Shown here: one piece after another, positions 35,750 through 45,304 of the stretch
Numbering within the stretch: the stretch's first letter is position 1
Layout of the letters: each line of letters starts with the position of its first letter
NCBI GenBank assembly: GCA_046705645.1
Contig: JBJKQE010000063.1
Coordinates: 12,486 to 76,485 of the forward strand
Source of the DNA: Ignavibacteriaceae bacterium
GTDB lineage: Bacteria > Bacteroidota > Ignavibacteria > Ignavibacteriales > Ignavibacteriaceae
DNA length: 64,000 nucleotides
Reading direction: 5' to 3'
Made by a program: the position numbers and the translations under genes
Notes under the pieces: model-generated
What the model was told of the DNA's origin: nothing
Database searches by the model: none
Seen by the model: the letters and a program-made list of their open reading frames with translations, nothing else

Positions 35750-36703
35750 TCACTTTTTGCTCATTCTTCTCAAATATCTTCTTTCCATTAGTTCAAAAAC
35801 TTTTTTGGATATCTCCCATAATTTAGGTTTGACAATTTCTTCTTTAACAGGTGTAAAGCATGCAATAATATATTTTATTTTTCCATTATCAACAATACCA
35901 ACATCATTTGTCCAATAGCTCCACCAGCCGGTTTTATGGTAAAACATTGTATTATGCGGAAGTCCTTTTGCAATTTTTGTAGTATCCAATTGTCTTCCTA
36001 AAAGAGCTTTCAACTGCATACTTACCCAAGGATTAACTAATTGATTTGTATAAATTTTATACATAAAATCAGCGGCATGCAAAGCGCATGTTTCTGTTCC
36101 GCGAATAGTTTTGTATTTCGGATCTTCATATTTCCGGCTTAAAAATTTTCTCGTAACTTCACTTCCATACCAATTATATTCATGCATTGTTGCATTTATA
36201 CTGTCTCTGTCTGCAACATCTATCAAACAATTTGCAGCCGAATTATCACTTCTCGTTATCATTAAATCCAAAAGATAATTTATTGTAACAGTATCACCTG
36301 CTCTTAATAAAGGCCGCGGGTCCCAGCTTATCTCTTTTGAGGAATCTACATCATTGGGAAAATGGACAATGTAAGGAGTAGTAAGATAATAATCGCCGTT
36401 GCTAATCTCTTTTAGAACTTCCATCGCAACATACATTTTATAAACACTGGCTGGATAAATAAAATTATCATAGTGAACACCCCCCAGTATAGGATGCCGG
36501 TCATTTAAATCACCAACAGTAAAAGATATTTGTTCGGTTCCATCTTCTCCTACTTTGAATGTACTATCCAGCCCTACGGATTTAATTATAGTAAGAAGTG
36601 AATCAGAAAAGTTTTTATCAACCTTAAAATATGATGGCACTTCAACCTTTTGTGAAAACACCGTTGTGCTGAGAAATATCAGAAACAAAACTAAATTTTT
36701 CAT
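35750..36703 (-). CDS. Secreted class-A beta-lactamase-fold serine hydrolase
   Basis: SxxK (ASVYKM), the SDN loop (RSDNSAAN) and KTG (HKTGWW) occur in the canonical order. Signal peptide present. Confidence 0.7.
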   Translation of the reverse strand: MKNLVLFLIFLSTTVFSQKVEVPSYFKVDKNFSDSLLTIIKSVGLDSTFKVGEDGTEQISFTVGDLNDRHPILGGVHYDNFIYPASVYKMYVAMEVLKEISNGDYYLTTPYIVHFPNDVDSSKEISWDPRPLLRAGDTVTINYLLDLMITRSDNSAANCLIDVADRDSINATMHEYNWYGSEVTRKFLSRKYEDPKYKTIRGTETCALHAADFMYKIYTNQLVNPWVSMQLKALLGRQLDTTKIAKGLPHNTMFYHKTGWWSYWTNDVGIVDNGKIKYIIACFTPVKEEIVKPKLWEISKKVFELMERRYLRRMSKK

Positions 36704-36810
36704 TCAATCACCGGTTTAAAAGACGGATATATGCTCAACCTAAATTTAATAATTTTAATAATTTTAATTATTATTAAATATCATATTCATAATTGTGTTT
36801 AATCTGATTA

Positions 36811-36840
36811 ATAAAAAAAGGCGAACATAAAGTTCGCCTT
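36811..36840 (-). terminator. Rho-independent terminator of glnA
   Basis: aaggcgaac-ataaa-gttcgcctt, followed on the minus strand by a run of T residues. It lies 23 nt after the glnA stop. Confidence 0.75.
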
Positions 36841-36862
36841 CTTTAGCTTGATCATTATTTAA

Positions 36863-38290
36863 CTAAACATCATAATACAAAGTAAATTCATACGGATGGG
36901 GCTGTAATGCCATCTGTTTAATTTCCTTATCGGTTTTATATTTTATCCATGTCTCTATTACATCTGAAGTAAATACATCTCCTTTAAGAAGAAATTCATG
37001 ATCTTCTGAAAGAGATTTCAATGCTTCATTTAAACTGCCCGGAGTTGTAGGGACGTCCTTTAGTTCTTCCGGAGATAAATCATAAATATCTTTATCAAGC
37101 GGATCACCCGGATCGATTCTATTTATAACACCATCTAGTCCGGCCATTAATATTGCGGAAAAAGCAAGATATGGATTGCTTGAAGGATCCGGACATCTGA
37201 ATTCCAACCTCTTTGCTTTAGGACTAGCAGAGTACATAGGAATTCTAATGGATGCGCTTCTATTACGCTGAGAATAAGCCAGGTTTACAGGAGCTTCAAA
37301 TCCAGGGACCAATCTTTTGTAAGAATTCGTTGTCGGGTTTGTAAATGCCAGCAGAGAAGGTGCATGTTTCAACAATCCTCCGATAAAATAAAGAGCCATT
37401 TCACTTAGCCCTGCATAACCGGAACCCGCGAAAAGAGGCTTACCTTTTTTCCAAAGGCTTGTATGAACGTGCATACCGCTTCCGTTATCGCCGAAAATGG
37501 GCTTCGGCATGTAAGTAACCGACTTATTGTTTTTCTTAGCAGTATTTTTTACAATATATTTAAATAACAATAACTGGTCTGCTGCTCTAACTAGAGGCTG
37601 AAAGCGTAAATCAATTTCGCACTGCCCGCCGCTGGCAACTTCGTGATGCTGTGCTTCGACATCAATTCCGCAGTTCATAAGATTAACCACCATTTCATTA
37701 CGAAGATTCATTAATGCATCTGTAGGAGGAACGGGAAAATATCCTTCCTTATACCTCGGCTTGTAACCCAAATTCGGACCTTCGTCTTTGCCGCTGTTCC
37801 ATTTACCTTCAACCGAATCTACAAAGTAAAAGCTGCCGTTTGGTTTCGAATCAAAACGGACATCGTCAAATACAAAAAACTCTGCTTCTGGCCCGAAGTA
37901 AACCGTATCTGCAATACCGGTTGATATCAAATATGAAGCGGCTTTTTGAGCAATATTCCTGGGGCATCTAGTATATTTCTCTTTCGTTGCAGGCTCGTAA
38001 ACATCGCATATTAAGCTTATAGTCGGTACATCAATAAAAGGATCAAGAAACATTGTAGAAGGATCGGGAATTATTAACATATCGCTTTCATTAATAGCTT
38101 TCCAACCGCGGATTGAAGAACCATCGAAGCCGAATCCGTCTTCAAACGAACCTTCATCAACTTGAGATACCGGCACCGTAAAATGCTGCCATTGTCCGGG
38201 AAAATCCATAAACTTTAAGTCTACAAACTTTATCCCGTTCGATTGAATATATTTCAATACTTTTTCTACAGGGGAATTTTCTTTTGCCAT
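36863..38290 (-). CDS. glnA: Glutamine synthetase type I
   Basis: 475 aa with [46 protein letters not shown] and [20 protein letters not shown]. Confidence 0.95.
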   Translation of the reverse strand: MAKENSPVEKVLKYIQSNGIKFVDLKFMDFPGQWQHFTVPVSQVDEGSFEDGFGFDGSSIRGWKAINESDMLIIPDPSTMFLDPFIDVPTISLICDVYEPATKEKYTRCPRNIAQKAASYLISTGIADTVYFGPEAEFFVFDDVRFDSKPNGSFYFVDSVEGKWNSGKDEGPNLGYKPRYKEGYFPVPPTDALMNLRNEMVVNLMNCGIDVEAQHHEVASGGQCEIDLRFQPLVRAADQLLLFKYIVKNTAKKNNKSVTYMPKPIFGDNGSGMHVHTSLWKKGKPLFAGSGYAGLSEMALYFIGGLLKHAPSLLAFTNPTTNSYKRLVPGFEAPVNLAYSQRNRSASIRIPMYSASPKAKRLEFRCPDPSSNPYLAFSAILMAGLDGVINRIDPGDPLDKDIYDLSPEELKDVPTTPGSLNEALKSLSEDHEFLLKGDVFTSDVIETWIKYKTDKEIKQMALQPHPYEFTLYYDV

Positions 38291-38326
38291 ATTCTTTCCT
38301 TATGATTTATTTTTTGAAGATGTTAT

Positions 38327-38773
38327 TTAAATTTCTATTTCGGTTGTCTCTTTAATTGTAGATAAAACAAATGTAGTTTTCGTAGAAACAACACCCGGCC
38401 ACGACTGGATTTCATTTAAAAGTTTTTCTAATGATTCGGTATTTTTAACAATTGCTTTTAAGAGATGGGAGCCTTCACCTAAAACCGAATGGCATTCAAT
38501 AATTTGCTGAATTTTTTCAACCTTTGAAGTAAAGGTTTTATAATGTTTGGATGATTCCATAGTTACAAGAATGTAAGCCATTATATCATATCCGAATGCC
38601 TTTCGGTTTACTTTGGCAAAATATCCTTCGATAATTCCTTTCTCCTCTAATTTATGTAATCTTTCGCTTACTGAAGGAATAGAAAGCCCGATTGATTCGG
38701 CAATTACATTTCTTTTGGTTCTTCCGTTTTTTTGGAGAGTATTAAGGATTTTAATATCTAAGTCGTCTAGCAT
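38327..38773 (-). CDS. Lrp/AsnC-family transcriptional regulator
   Basis: The HTH region reads LDDLDIKILNTLQKNGRTKRNVIAESIGLSIPSVSERLHKLEEKGII and is followed by a RAM/ACT-like C-terminal domain. ATG 38773 is preferred over the upstream TTG 38845. Confidence 0.85.
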   Translation of the reverse strand: MLDDLDIKILNTLQKNGRTKRNVIAESIGLSIPSVSERLHKLEEKGIIEGYFAKVNRKAFGYDIMAYILVTMESSKHYKTFTSKVEKIQQIIECHSVLGEGSHLLKAIVKNTESLEKLLNEIQSWPGVVSTKTTFVLSTIKETTEIEI

Positions 38774-38958
38774 CTGTTGCCTTATTTTTTTAGGGATTGA
38801 TAAAATATTGGCTTGAAATATAAGGTTTTCAGCTTTGGAAAGCAACTGTTAACGGACAGGAATTTAAAAAATTAAGTAGGCAAAAATTTGTTTACCGGTT
38901 TGTTTTCAAGGAATACAAAATCTTTTATCAAACATTATTCTAAAATTTACTTAAATCG

Positions 38959-40815
38959 TTATTTTATAAGAACCATTCCTTTACTTTCGGAAAATTTATC
39001 AGTCGTTAATATAAAATAATAAACACCGCTGCTCAATGATGGATATTTTAAAGTGTTAAATGTCACATCATGAATACCAGCTTCAAGCTCTCTATTAATT
39101 AGAACTGCTATTTGTTTTCCCAAAGGATCAATGATTCTTAATAAAACTTTTTCTCTTTTATTAAGTTGAAATCGAATTGTAGTCGATGGGTTAAACGGAT
39201 TTGGGAAATTTTGATAAAGAATAAAATCTTTAGGCAGTTGTTTAAATTTAACAGATAAGACCGGACCTTTATAAATAATTCTAAATGCGTCGGCAACAAC
39301 ATCTCCTCCTGCACTGTTGTTTACAGATAATTCTATTACTCCGCTTTTTTGCAAAGACACTTGCTTTAGAAAATTCCACTGTCCCCCGTTAACTTGCTGA
39401 GTCTTTTCAATTTCCGTAAAGCTGCCACCTGTAACAATATGAAATTTTGTATTATATGCGTTACTGCTGTTTGCAGGCCACCAGGCATAAGCGTCATAGT
39501 TCCCTGGCTCAAGTGTTTGCGTTTGAAAAGTAACCGAATCATTACCGTTTCCGAGATTATTTTTCAGATAATTGCTTCCATAGAATTGTACTCCGGAAGA
39601 ATCTCTTGTCCAGTTACCAGTAATAATAGCATCATTATTATCTAAGATTATGTATTTAGGCTGTGTAAGCTGAAGATATTCAGCGATGGCATAAACGGTC
39701 CTATTTCCAATTTCAAAAAGGTTATCATTAGTAACCCAGGTACCGTCGGAAAATTGATCAAATGGAGTTTCATAAGTAAGTGCCATAATTTTATCACCCC
39801 AATTATCCCATTGCCAACCTTCCGGGAAAACCGGCTGCAAGGTTGATTGACTGTAATCCGTCTGAGCAAAATAAGGTATATCGGATGAATTTAAATTAGC
39901 CATTTGAAATTCTTTTTGATAGAATAGATCAGAAGTTGAACCCGGAGTATGTATCCACATAGTACAAAACGGACTAGCCTGTGAATGCAAATTTAGAAAG
40001 ACAACAAATGGTTTTTTATTATTTAATTCCGTCATTCGTTTCTTAAGAATCTTAACTTCGGTTGAAGTATTAACATCGGATTCATCCCAATTAGATTCTA
40101 CATCGATTCCATCATAATTCGTACGTGATTTCCCGTAATAAACACCGTCGGGATTCGTAAAAGGGATTAAATGAAAAGCAATATTCTTTCTATAATATTC
40201 TATAACATCGTCATCTTTTAAAAGAGTCTGGACAATTCCATCAAAATGCCATGAAGCCGATGTTTCACCGGGATGTGTCCTTGCATGGATCCAAACCTGG
40301 TATTTATTATCGTCCGGAATAGATTTATCGGTTAAAATAATTTCCTGAATGGGTAGATTATGATTGGTAAAACCCAATGTATCAATAGAAATATATTCGC
40401 TGCTGCTCCACAGCCTTATTCTTTGCTGCAAATAACTGAAAGTATATGGAGTGTAATAAGCCGCGTAAACAGTATCGTGCGCGAAAGTTTTTTGAAATGT
40501 ACCTTGACTTGGACTTTCTTCCGCTGTAAAGCGCATAAAATTTTTATTATCGTAGGAGTACATTGCTCTTTTAACGTCATTTATATCGTTATACATGTCA
40601 TCTACTACGTTAACTCTGATAAATTTGTTCTTGACGCCGGTAATTCTAAAATAAAACCATCTTCCTCCGATATCGCTTTTTGTACTTACTGTATAGTTTA
40701 CAGAATCCAAAGTACTGACCGAATTCATATTTCCGCTTTCGAAATTTGCATCGAACTTGATTTGCGCAATAATTGAAATTGGAAGAATACAAAGAAGTAG
40801 AAATTTTTTCATCAA
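38959..40815 (-). CDS. M14-family zinc carboxypeptidase with a T9SS C-terminal sorting domain
   Basis: IHARTHPGETSASW (the HxxE zinc site), a signal peptide, and the C-terminus QNFPNPFNPSTTIRF...GVYYFILTTDKFSESKGMVLIK. Confidence 0.85.
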   Translation of the reverse strand: MMKKFLLLCILPISIIAQIKFDANFESGNMNSVSTLDSVNYTVSTKSDIGGRWFYFRITGVKNKFIRVNVVDDMYNDINDVKRAMYSYDNKNFMRFTAEESPSQGTFQKTFAHDTVYAAYYTPYTFSYLQQRIRLWSSSEYISIDTLGFTNHNLPIQEIILTDKSIPDDNKYQVWIHARTHPGETSASWHFDGIVQTLLKDDDVIEYYRKNIAFHLIPFTNPDGVYYGKSRTNYDGIDVESNWDESDVNTSTEVKILKKRMTELNNKKPFVVFLNLHSQASPFCTMWIHTPGSTSDLFYQKEFQMANLNSSDIPYFAQTDYSQSTLQPVFPEGWQWDNWGDKIMALTYETPFDQFSDGTWVTNDNLFEIGNRTVYAIAEYLQLTQPKYIILDNNDAIITGNWTRDSSGVQFYGSNYLKNNLGNGNDSVTFQTQTLEPGNYDAYAWWPANSSNAYNTKFHIVTGGSFTEIEKTQQVNGGQWNFLKQVSLQKSGVIELSVNNSAGGDVVADAFRIIYKGPVLSVKFKQLPKDFILYQNFPNPFNPSTTIRFQLNKREKVLLRIIDPLGKQIAVLINRELEAGIHDVTFNTLKYPSLSSGVYYFILTTDKFSESKGMVLIK

Positions 40816-40871
40816 TGAATCCCCGTTTCTTAAAAAATTTAACCTAAAATGTTTATACTGTAAAAATAAAA

Positions 40872-41684
40872 TTATTCTTTTATAATTCCATGAGCAGTAA
40901 AATACTGATTTGTTTTTTTAACTTCAGAAAAAAGTTTTAAATTTTCTTCCGGCCTCTCCTGCAATTTGTGAAACAGATGATATTGAACTGCTATGTTATT
41001 AAGCGATTTCACTTCGATGCCGCACAAATTTAGCCTATATTCTATGTCTGTATCTTCACCGACAGACGGCGCTTCATATCTTTCATCAAAACCATTAATC
41101 TTTATTATATCGTCTTTATGAATTGAAAAATTGCAGCCGAGCAATCCTCTCTTTTTGCTATTAAAATATTTCCTTAAGAAATTATTTTTAAAATACATTC
41201 CTTTTTCAACATCAAAAGATTTTCCAAAAATTCCGTCTTTTATTAGTTTTAGATTATTATTTTCTAAAAATCCCTCTTTAATTTTCTCCGGTGTTAAAAT
41301 CCCTGTAAACTTTTCGGATAAATTCACCCTCCTGCCTGTAAAGCAAAATTTTTTTCCCCTATAATTAAAATGTTCCTTAACAAATTCGGAATGAGGAACA
41401 CAATCCGCATCGATAAAAATAAGGAAACCGGTATCTGCCGAACTTATTGCTCTATTTAGAATTTTATTCTTGCGAAATCCTTTATCTTCCTGCCAAAGGT
41501 ATGTCAATGGAAATGAGAGTGTTTTGGAAATTATTTCGATTTCGTTGACTACTTCGGAATCGGACCCGTCATCAGCAATTATGATTTCGAAATTTCCGAA
41601 AGTTTGTCTTTCAAATCCTGCCAGAACCAATTTTAGATAATCTATCCGGTTATAAAAAGCAAGAATAACAGAAACCTCTGTCAT
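40872..41684 (-). CDS. Family 2 glycosyltransferase
   Basis: VSVILAFYNRIDYL...EIIIADDGSD...FIDADCV (the DxD region). Confidence 0.85.
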   Translation of the reverse strand: MTEVSVILAFYNRIDYLKLVLAGFERQTFGNFEIIIADDGSDSEVVNEIEIISKTLSFPLTYLWQEDKGFRKNKILNRAISSADTGFLIFIDADCVPHSEFVKEHFNYRGKKFCFTGRRVNLSEKFTGILTPEKIKEGFLENNNLKLIKDGIFGKSFDVEKGMYFKNNFLRKYFNSKKRGLLGCNFSIHKDDIIKINGFDERYEAPSVGEDTDIEYRLNLCGIEVKSLNNIAVQYHLFHKLQERPEENLKLFSEVKKTNQYFTAHGIIKE

Positions 41685-41688
41685 TTAT

Positions 41689-41835
41689 TTATTCCCCGTT
41701 TTTTCTTTTACGAAGTTTATCTTTTTCCCTTTTTCTATTATAAGCTTTTTTACCTGCTTCAATTTTAGGAGGCTTTTGCGGCAAAGGAATACGTTTTTTC
41801 TTCGCTTTAATTTTTATTTTTACTTTTTTAATCAT
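41689..41835 (-). CDS. Possible 48-aa lysine/arginine-rich small protein (below the ORF-track length cut-off)
   Basis: Manual translation gives MIKKVKIKIKAKKKRIPLPQKPPKIEAGKKAYNRKREKDKLRKRKNGE*. The stop lies 4 nt before the GT2 start codon. Confidence 0.3.
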   Translation of the reverse strand: MIKKVKIKIKAKKKRIPLPQKPPKIEAGKKAYNRKREKDKLRKRKNGE

Positions 41836-42143
41836 TGATATGTTTTTTACTTATAATTTTTTTCAATATAAAAGGCGGTTAAACCAAATCTTACACGATA
41901 CAGATAACGCTAAAATCAATATTAGGGATAAAATAAATTTAAAAGCACATTTTATTTTACTAATTTGCACATGATTATTTAAAATAATTAGCAGCCTTTA
42001 CCTTCAAAAATAAATTAAATTTAAATATAAAAGTATAGAATATAAAGGTTCAAGATAATTAATTATTTTATAATTTATTGATTTTCTTTAGACCCAAAAG
42101 GGAAAATTAAAATTCTAAATTGTTCAACTTTAATGGACAAAAA

Positions 42144-43982
42144 ATGAAAAAATTAATATTCACTTTGTGTTCATTTCTTTTTTTAATAAGTAATATAAGT
42201 GCCCAAGAAAATAAAAGTATACCGCGCGTACCAGCCTGGGCGGAAAATGCAATATGGTACCAGATTTTTCCCGAAAGATTTGCAAACGGTGATAAAAACA
42301 ATGATCCAACACCTCATGATATGGAGGGAGCCTGGCCAGGCAAAGTCCCAAACGGATGGCAAATATCCCCATGGACATCGGATTGGTATAAATTACAGCC
42401 GTGGGAAGAGGCTGATGGCCATGATTTCTATTGGAACGCAGGTATTCGAAGATACGGCGGGGATATTCAGGGAATAATTAATCATTTGGATTACTTGCAA
42501 AATCTCGGAGTTACCGCTATTTACCTAAATCCTATTTTTGAATCTCCCTCTCTTCATAAATATGATACAAGAATTTACCGCCATGTTGATAATAATTTCG
42601 GACCTGATCCGAAAGGAGATGAAAAAATATGGGCAAATGAAAACCCGGATGATCCTTCAACCTGGAAATGGACAACAGCAGATAGATTATTCTTAAAGTT
42701 AATTAAAGAAGTTCATAAAAGAGGAATGCATATAATTATTGATGGAGTTTTCAATCATGTCGGAACTTCATTTTGGGCTTTTAAAGATGTAGAAAAGAAT
42801 CAGCAAAAATCTAAATACAAAGATTGGTTTATAATTAAATCATGGGATAATCCCAATACACCTAAAAATGAATTTGATTACCAGGGCTGGGCCGGTGTAA
42901 AAGATCTGCCTGAAATAAATAAGAATGGAAAATATGACCTTGCTAATGGCTTTGCAAAGCATATTCATGAAATAGTAAAAAGATGGATGGCGCCCGATGG
43001 TAATTCTGCCGATGGAATTGACGGATGGCGTCTCGATGTAGCTGAAAAAGTAAATATTAAGTTCTGGAAAGTTTTCAGAAAATGGGTTAAGGAAATAAAT
43101 CCAGAAGCATATATTACCGGTGAAATCTGGTGGCAGGATTGGCAGAAAAATCAAATGTTTAATGCGGCCCCCTGGCTTCAGGGAGATTCTTTTGACGGAG
43201 TAATGAATTATCGATTTGCAAGGGCAGTAAAAAAATTTGTAGTTGACATTAAAGATCAAATTTCTCCGCAAGCATTCGTAGATAGTATTAATACCATGAT
43301 TAAGGAATATCCCAAAGATAATTTTTATGCCATAATGAATCTTGTAGACAGCCATGATGTCGATAGGATAGCTTCTCAAATAGTAAATCCGGACAGATGG
43401 ATTGATCACTTTGCTAATCCCGGTCAAAATAAAGATTATAAAATTCGGAAGCCAAATGCTATTGAAATACTCAAACAGAAATTAATTGCGGGAATACAGA
43501 TGACAATGCCCGGTGCGCCGATGATTTATTACGGAGATGAAGCCGGAATGTGGGGTGGTGATGATCCTGATTGCCGTAAACCGATGGTTTGGCCGAATTT
43601 AAAATATGATATGGAAACCGCAGACCCGCTTGGAAGAGAGCGTAAACCGGATTCCGTATTTTTTAATAATAACCTATTTAACTGGTATAAAAAATTAATT
43701 TCAATAAGAAATCAAAATAAGGCTTTATCTTTGGGAAGTATAAATTTCAATTTTATCGATAATCAAAACAGGATATTAGGTTTTAAAAGAGAGTATCAAG
43801 GCAAGAAATTATTTGTTCTGTTAAATAGCAACGAAAAGAGCAAAACAATCTCTTCTGAAAAAATTAGAAATTTATTAAATACCAAAACTTTGACTGATTT
43901 GGTTGGAGGAGAAAAAATTGATTTAACTGAAAATAAATTATCTCTCAAACCATACCAAATAATGATCTTGCAGTCAAAATAA
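42144..43982 (+). CDS. Secreted GH13 alpha-amylase-family enzyme, paralog of 28538..30367
   Basis: IIDGVFNHVG, GWRLDVAEK, ITGEIWW and LVDSHDVDR. Long blocks are identical to the other GH13 (RRYGGDxQGIIxHLDYLxNLG, DPSTWKWTxADRLFLKLIxEVHKRGM). ATG 42144 (MKKLIFTLCSFLFL signal peptide) is preferred over the track start 42120. Confidence 0.9.
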   Translation: MKKLIFTLCSFLFLISNISAQENKSIPRVPAWAENAIWYQIFPERFANGDKNNDPTPHDMEGAWPGKVPNGWQISPWTSDWYKLQPWEEADGHDFYWNAGIRRYGGDIQGIINHLDYLQNLGVTAIYLNPIFESPSLHKYDTRIYRHVDNNFGPDPKGDEKIWANENPDDPSTWKWTTADRLFLKLIKEVHKRGMHIIIDGVFNHVGTSFWAFKDVEKNQQKSKYKDWFIIKSWDNPNTPKNEFDYQGWAGVKDLPEINKNGKYDLANGFAKHIHEIVKRWMAPDGNSADGIDGWRLDVAEKVNIKFWKVFRKWVKEINPEAYITGEIWWQDWQKNQMFNAAPWLQGDSFDGVMNYRFARAVKKFVVDIKDQISPQAFVDSINTMIKEYPKDNFYAIMNLVDSHDVDRIASQIVNPDRWIDHFANPGQNKDYKIRKPNAIEILKQKLIAGIQMTMPGAPMIYYGDEAGMWGGDDPDCRKPMVWPNLKYDMETADPLGRERKPDSVFFNNNLFNWYKKLISIRNQNKALSLGSINFNFIDNQNRILGFKREYQGKKLFVLLNSNEKSKTISSEKIRNLLNTKTLTDLVGGEKIDLTENKLSLKPYQIMILQSK

Positions 43983-43988
43983 TTACTG

Positions 43989-44112
43989 ACTGAAGTTACG
44001 CAATTTTCAAGCTGAACTTGATTCAGCATCTAAAAATGTTGAAAAAATGAAGATTCCGAATCAAGTTCGGAATGACAAAAGATACCTTTTATTAATTATG
44101 CGTAACTTCAGT
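43989..44112. repeat. Nested-palindrome intergenic element, copy 2 (inverted relative to copy 1)
   Basis: The outer 14-bp inverted repeat actgaagttacgca / tgcgtaacttcagt encloses the hairpins gctgaa-cttgat-tcagc and attccgaa-tcaag-ttcggaat. The reverse complement contains gtcattccgaacttgattcggaatct. Confidence 0.6.
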
Positions 44113-44166
44113 TACTGATTTAAAATATATAGAGAATAGCCTGGGCAAAATCTCAATATAAACAAA

Positions 44167-44192
44167 AAAGGCTGCCATTTAAGACAGCCTTT
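44167..44192 (-). terminator. Rho-independent terminator of the SusE-like gene / Sus operon
   Basis: aaaggctg-ccatttaaga-cagccttt, followed on the minus strand by a T-run. It lies 18 nt after the stop. Confidence 0.7.
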
Positions 44193-44209
44193 CTTGGTTA
44201 AAAGCAAAA

Positions 44210-45271
44210 TTAATTTTGCATAATTGTATAAGTTAATTTAACCGGATCAAAACGGATAGTATAATTGCCTGCAGCAGGAATAGGAATATTTGATCCGCCG
44301 GAATCGAGATTACCGTCGTTATTATTTGAGCCGTAATTAAGATCCCATGCATTATTTGCTCTGAATTTAAAGGTAGTTGCTCCTGCAAATGTATATGAAA
44401 TTTCCCACATTTTACGTTGTCCGTTATAGTTCAGTGGTACACTTGTACTCCAGCTATTAAAGTCGCCTATAATTCCCCAATCATCAGTTTGGTTTAACGA
44501 AATAGTTTTTGCATTCACATCAACAGTGATTGAATAGCAGGCATTTGCAACTTCAAAATTATTACCCGAAGGATCAAGAGTACCGGTATAATTATTACCG
44601 GATTGCGTTAAGATGCCCCCCCAATTTGTATGGTTCCAATCAGGATCGCTGGTAACCTTGAATTGAGCTGAAGTTCCTGTAGTGTCGATAAGCCGTATAA
44701 TGCCTTGGTATGTTGAATTAAATCCATAAGAATATAATTCACTATAAACACCACCGGGTGACCAGCCTTGATATGAACCAGGAACATATACCATCGGATA
44801 ATTAATTACTGCATCATAAGGTGTAAGACTTTTTGTTTTTATGGTAGAGTAAATAGGCGATATGGTAGTACCATTTAATGAAGCACTAACTCTATAATAA
44901 AGTGTAGCAGCGGTACCTATCGGATCATTCCATGATATTAACAAGGTATTTATATCGCTAATTTTAGCCGTACCGGTCAGCGCTTGAGTTTTTATAAGTT
45001 GAGCTACATTACTTGAGAAATCATTTGTCGGCGATACCTCAACCACATAATCAACAGATGCAGCAAAGCCGTAATTAGCCGCGGTCCATGAAAATTTTAT
45101 AGTGCTATCTGCATTGTTTACGGTAAAATCTACTGTAAGAGCCAGATCCGACAATGCCGGCGCTCCGGGACTTGAATTAAGCACCGGTTTTGTTATATCG
45201 GTTTTGCAAGAGACTAACAAAAGCCCAAGTGATATTATAAATAATAATGTAATTAATTTTATTTTTTTCAT
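44210..45271 (-). CDS. SusE/SusF-like outer-membrane starch-binding lipoprotein
   Basis: Lipobox LLLVSC, position downstream of susD, and the C-terminal DWGIIGDFNSW...FKFRANNAWDLNYG starch-binding-type module. Confidence 0.75.
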   Translation of the reverse strand: MKKIKLITLLFIISLGLLLVSCKTDITKPVLNSSPGAPALSDLALTVDFTVNNADSTIKFSWTAANYGFAASVDYVVEVSPTNDFSSNVAQLIKTQALTGTAKISDINTLLISWNDPIGTAATLYYRVSASLNGTTISPIYSTIKTKSLTPYDAVINYPMVYVPGSYQGWSPGGVYSELYSYGFNSTYQGIIRLIDTTGTSAQFKVTSDPDWNHTNWGGILTQSGNNYTGTLDPSGNNFEVANACYSITVDVNAKTISLNQTDDWGIIGDFNSWSTSVPLNYNGQRKMWEISYTFAGATTFKFRANNAWDLNYGSNNNDGNLDSGGSNIPIPAAGNYTIRFDPVKLTYTIMQN

Positions 45272-45304
45272 TTTAATCTTCCTTTACCTATAATATTTTC
45301 ATTT

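Noticed and set aside
40360-43427. ORFs 40360..40776(+), 41131..41364(+), 42107..42301(-), 42160..42378(-), 42199..42477(+) and 42840..43427(-).
   Set aside because: All lie antisense to, or out of frame within, the M14 peptidase, GT2 or GH13 genes, which carry complete catalytic motifs.
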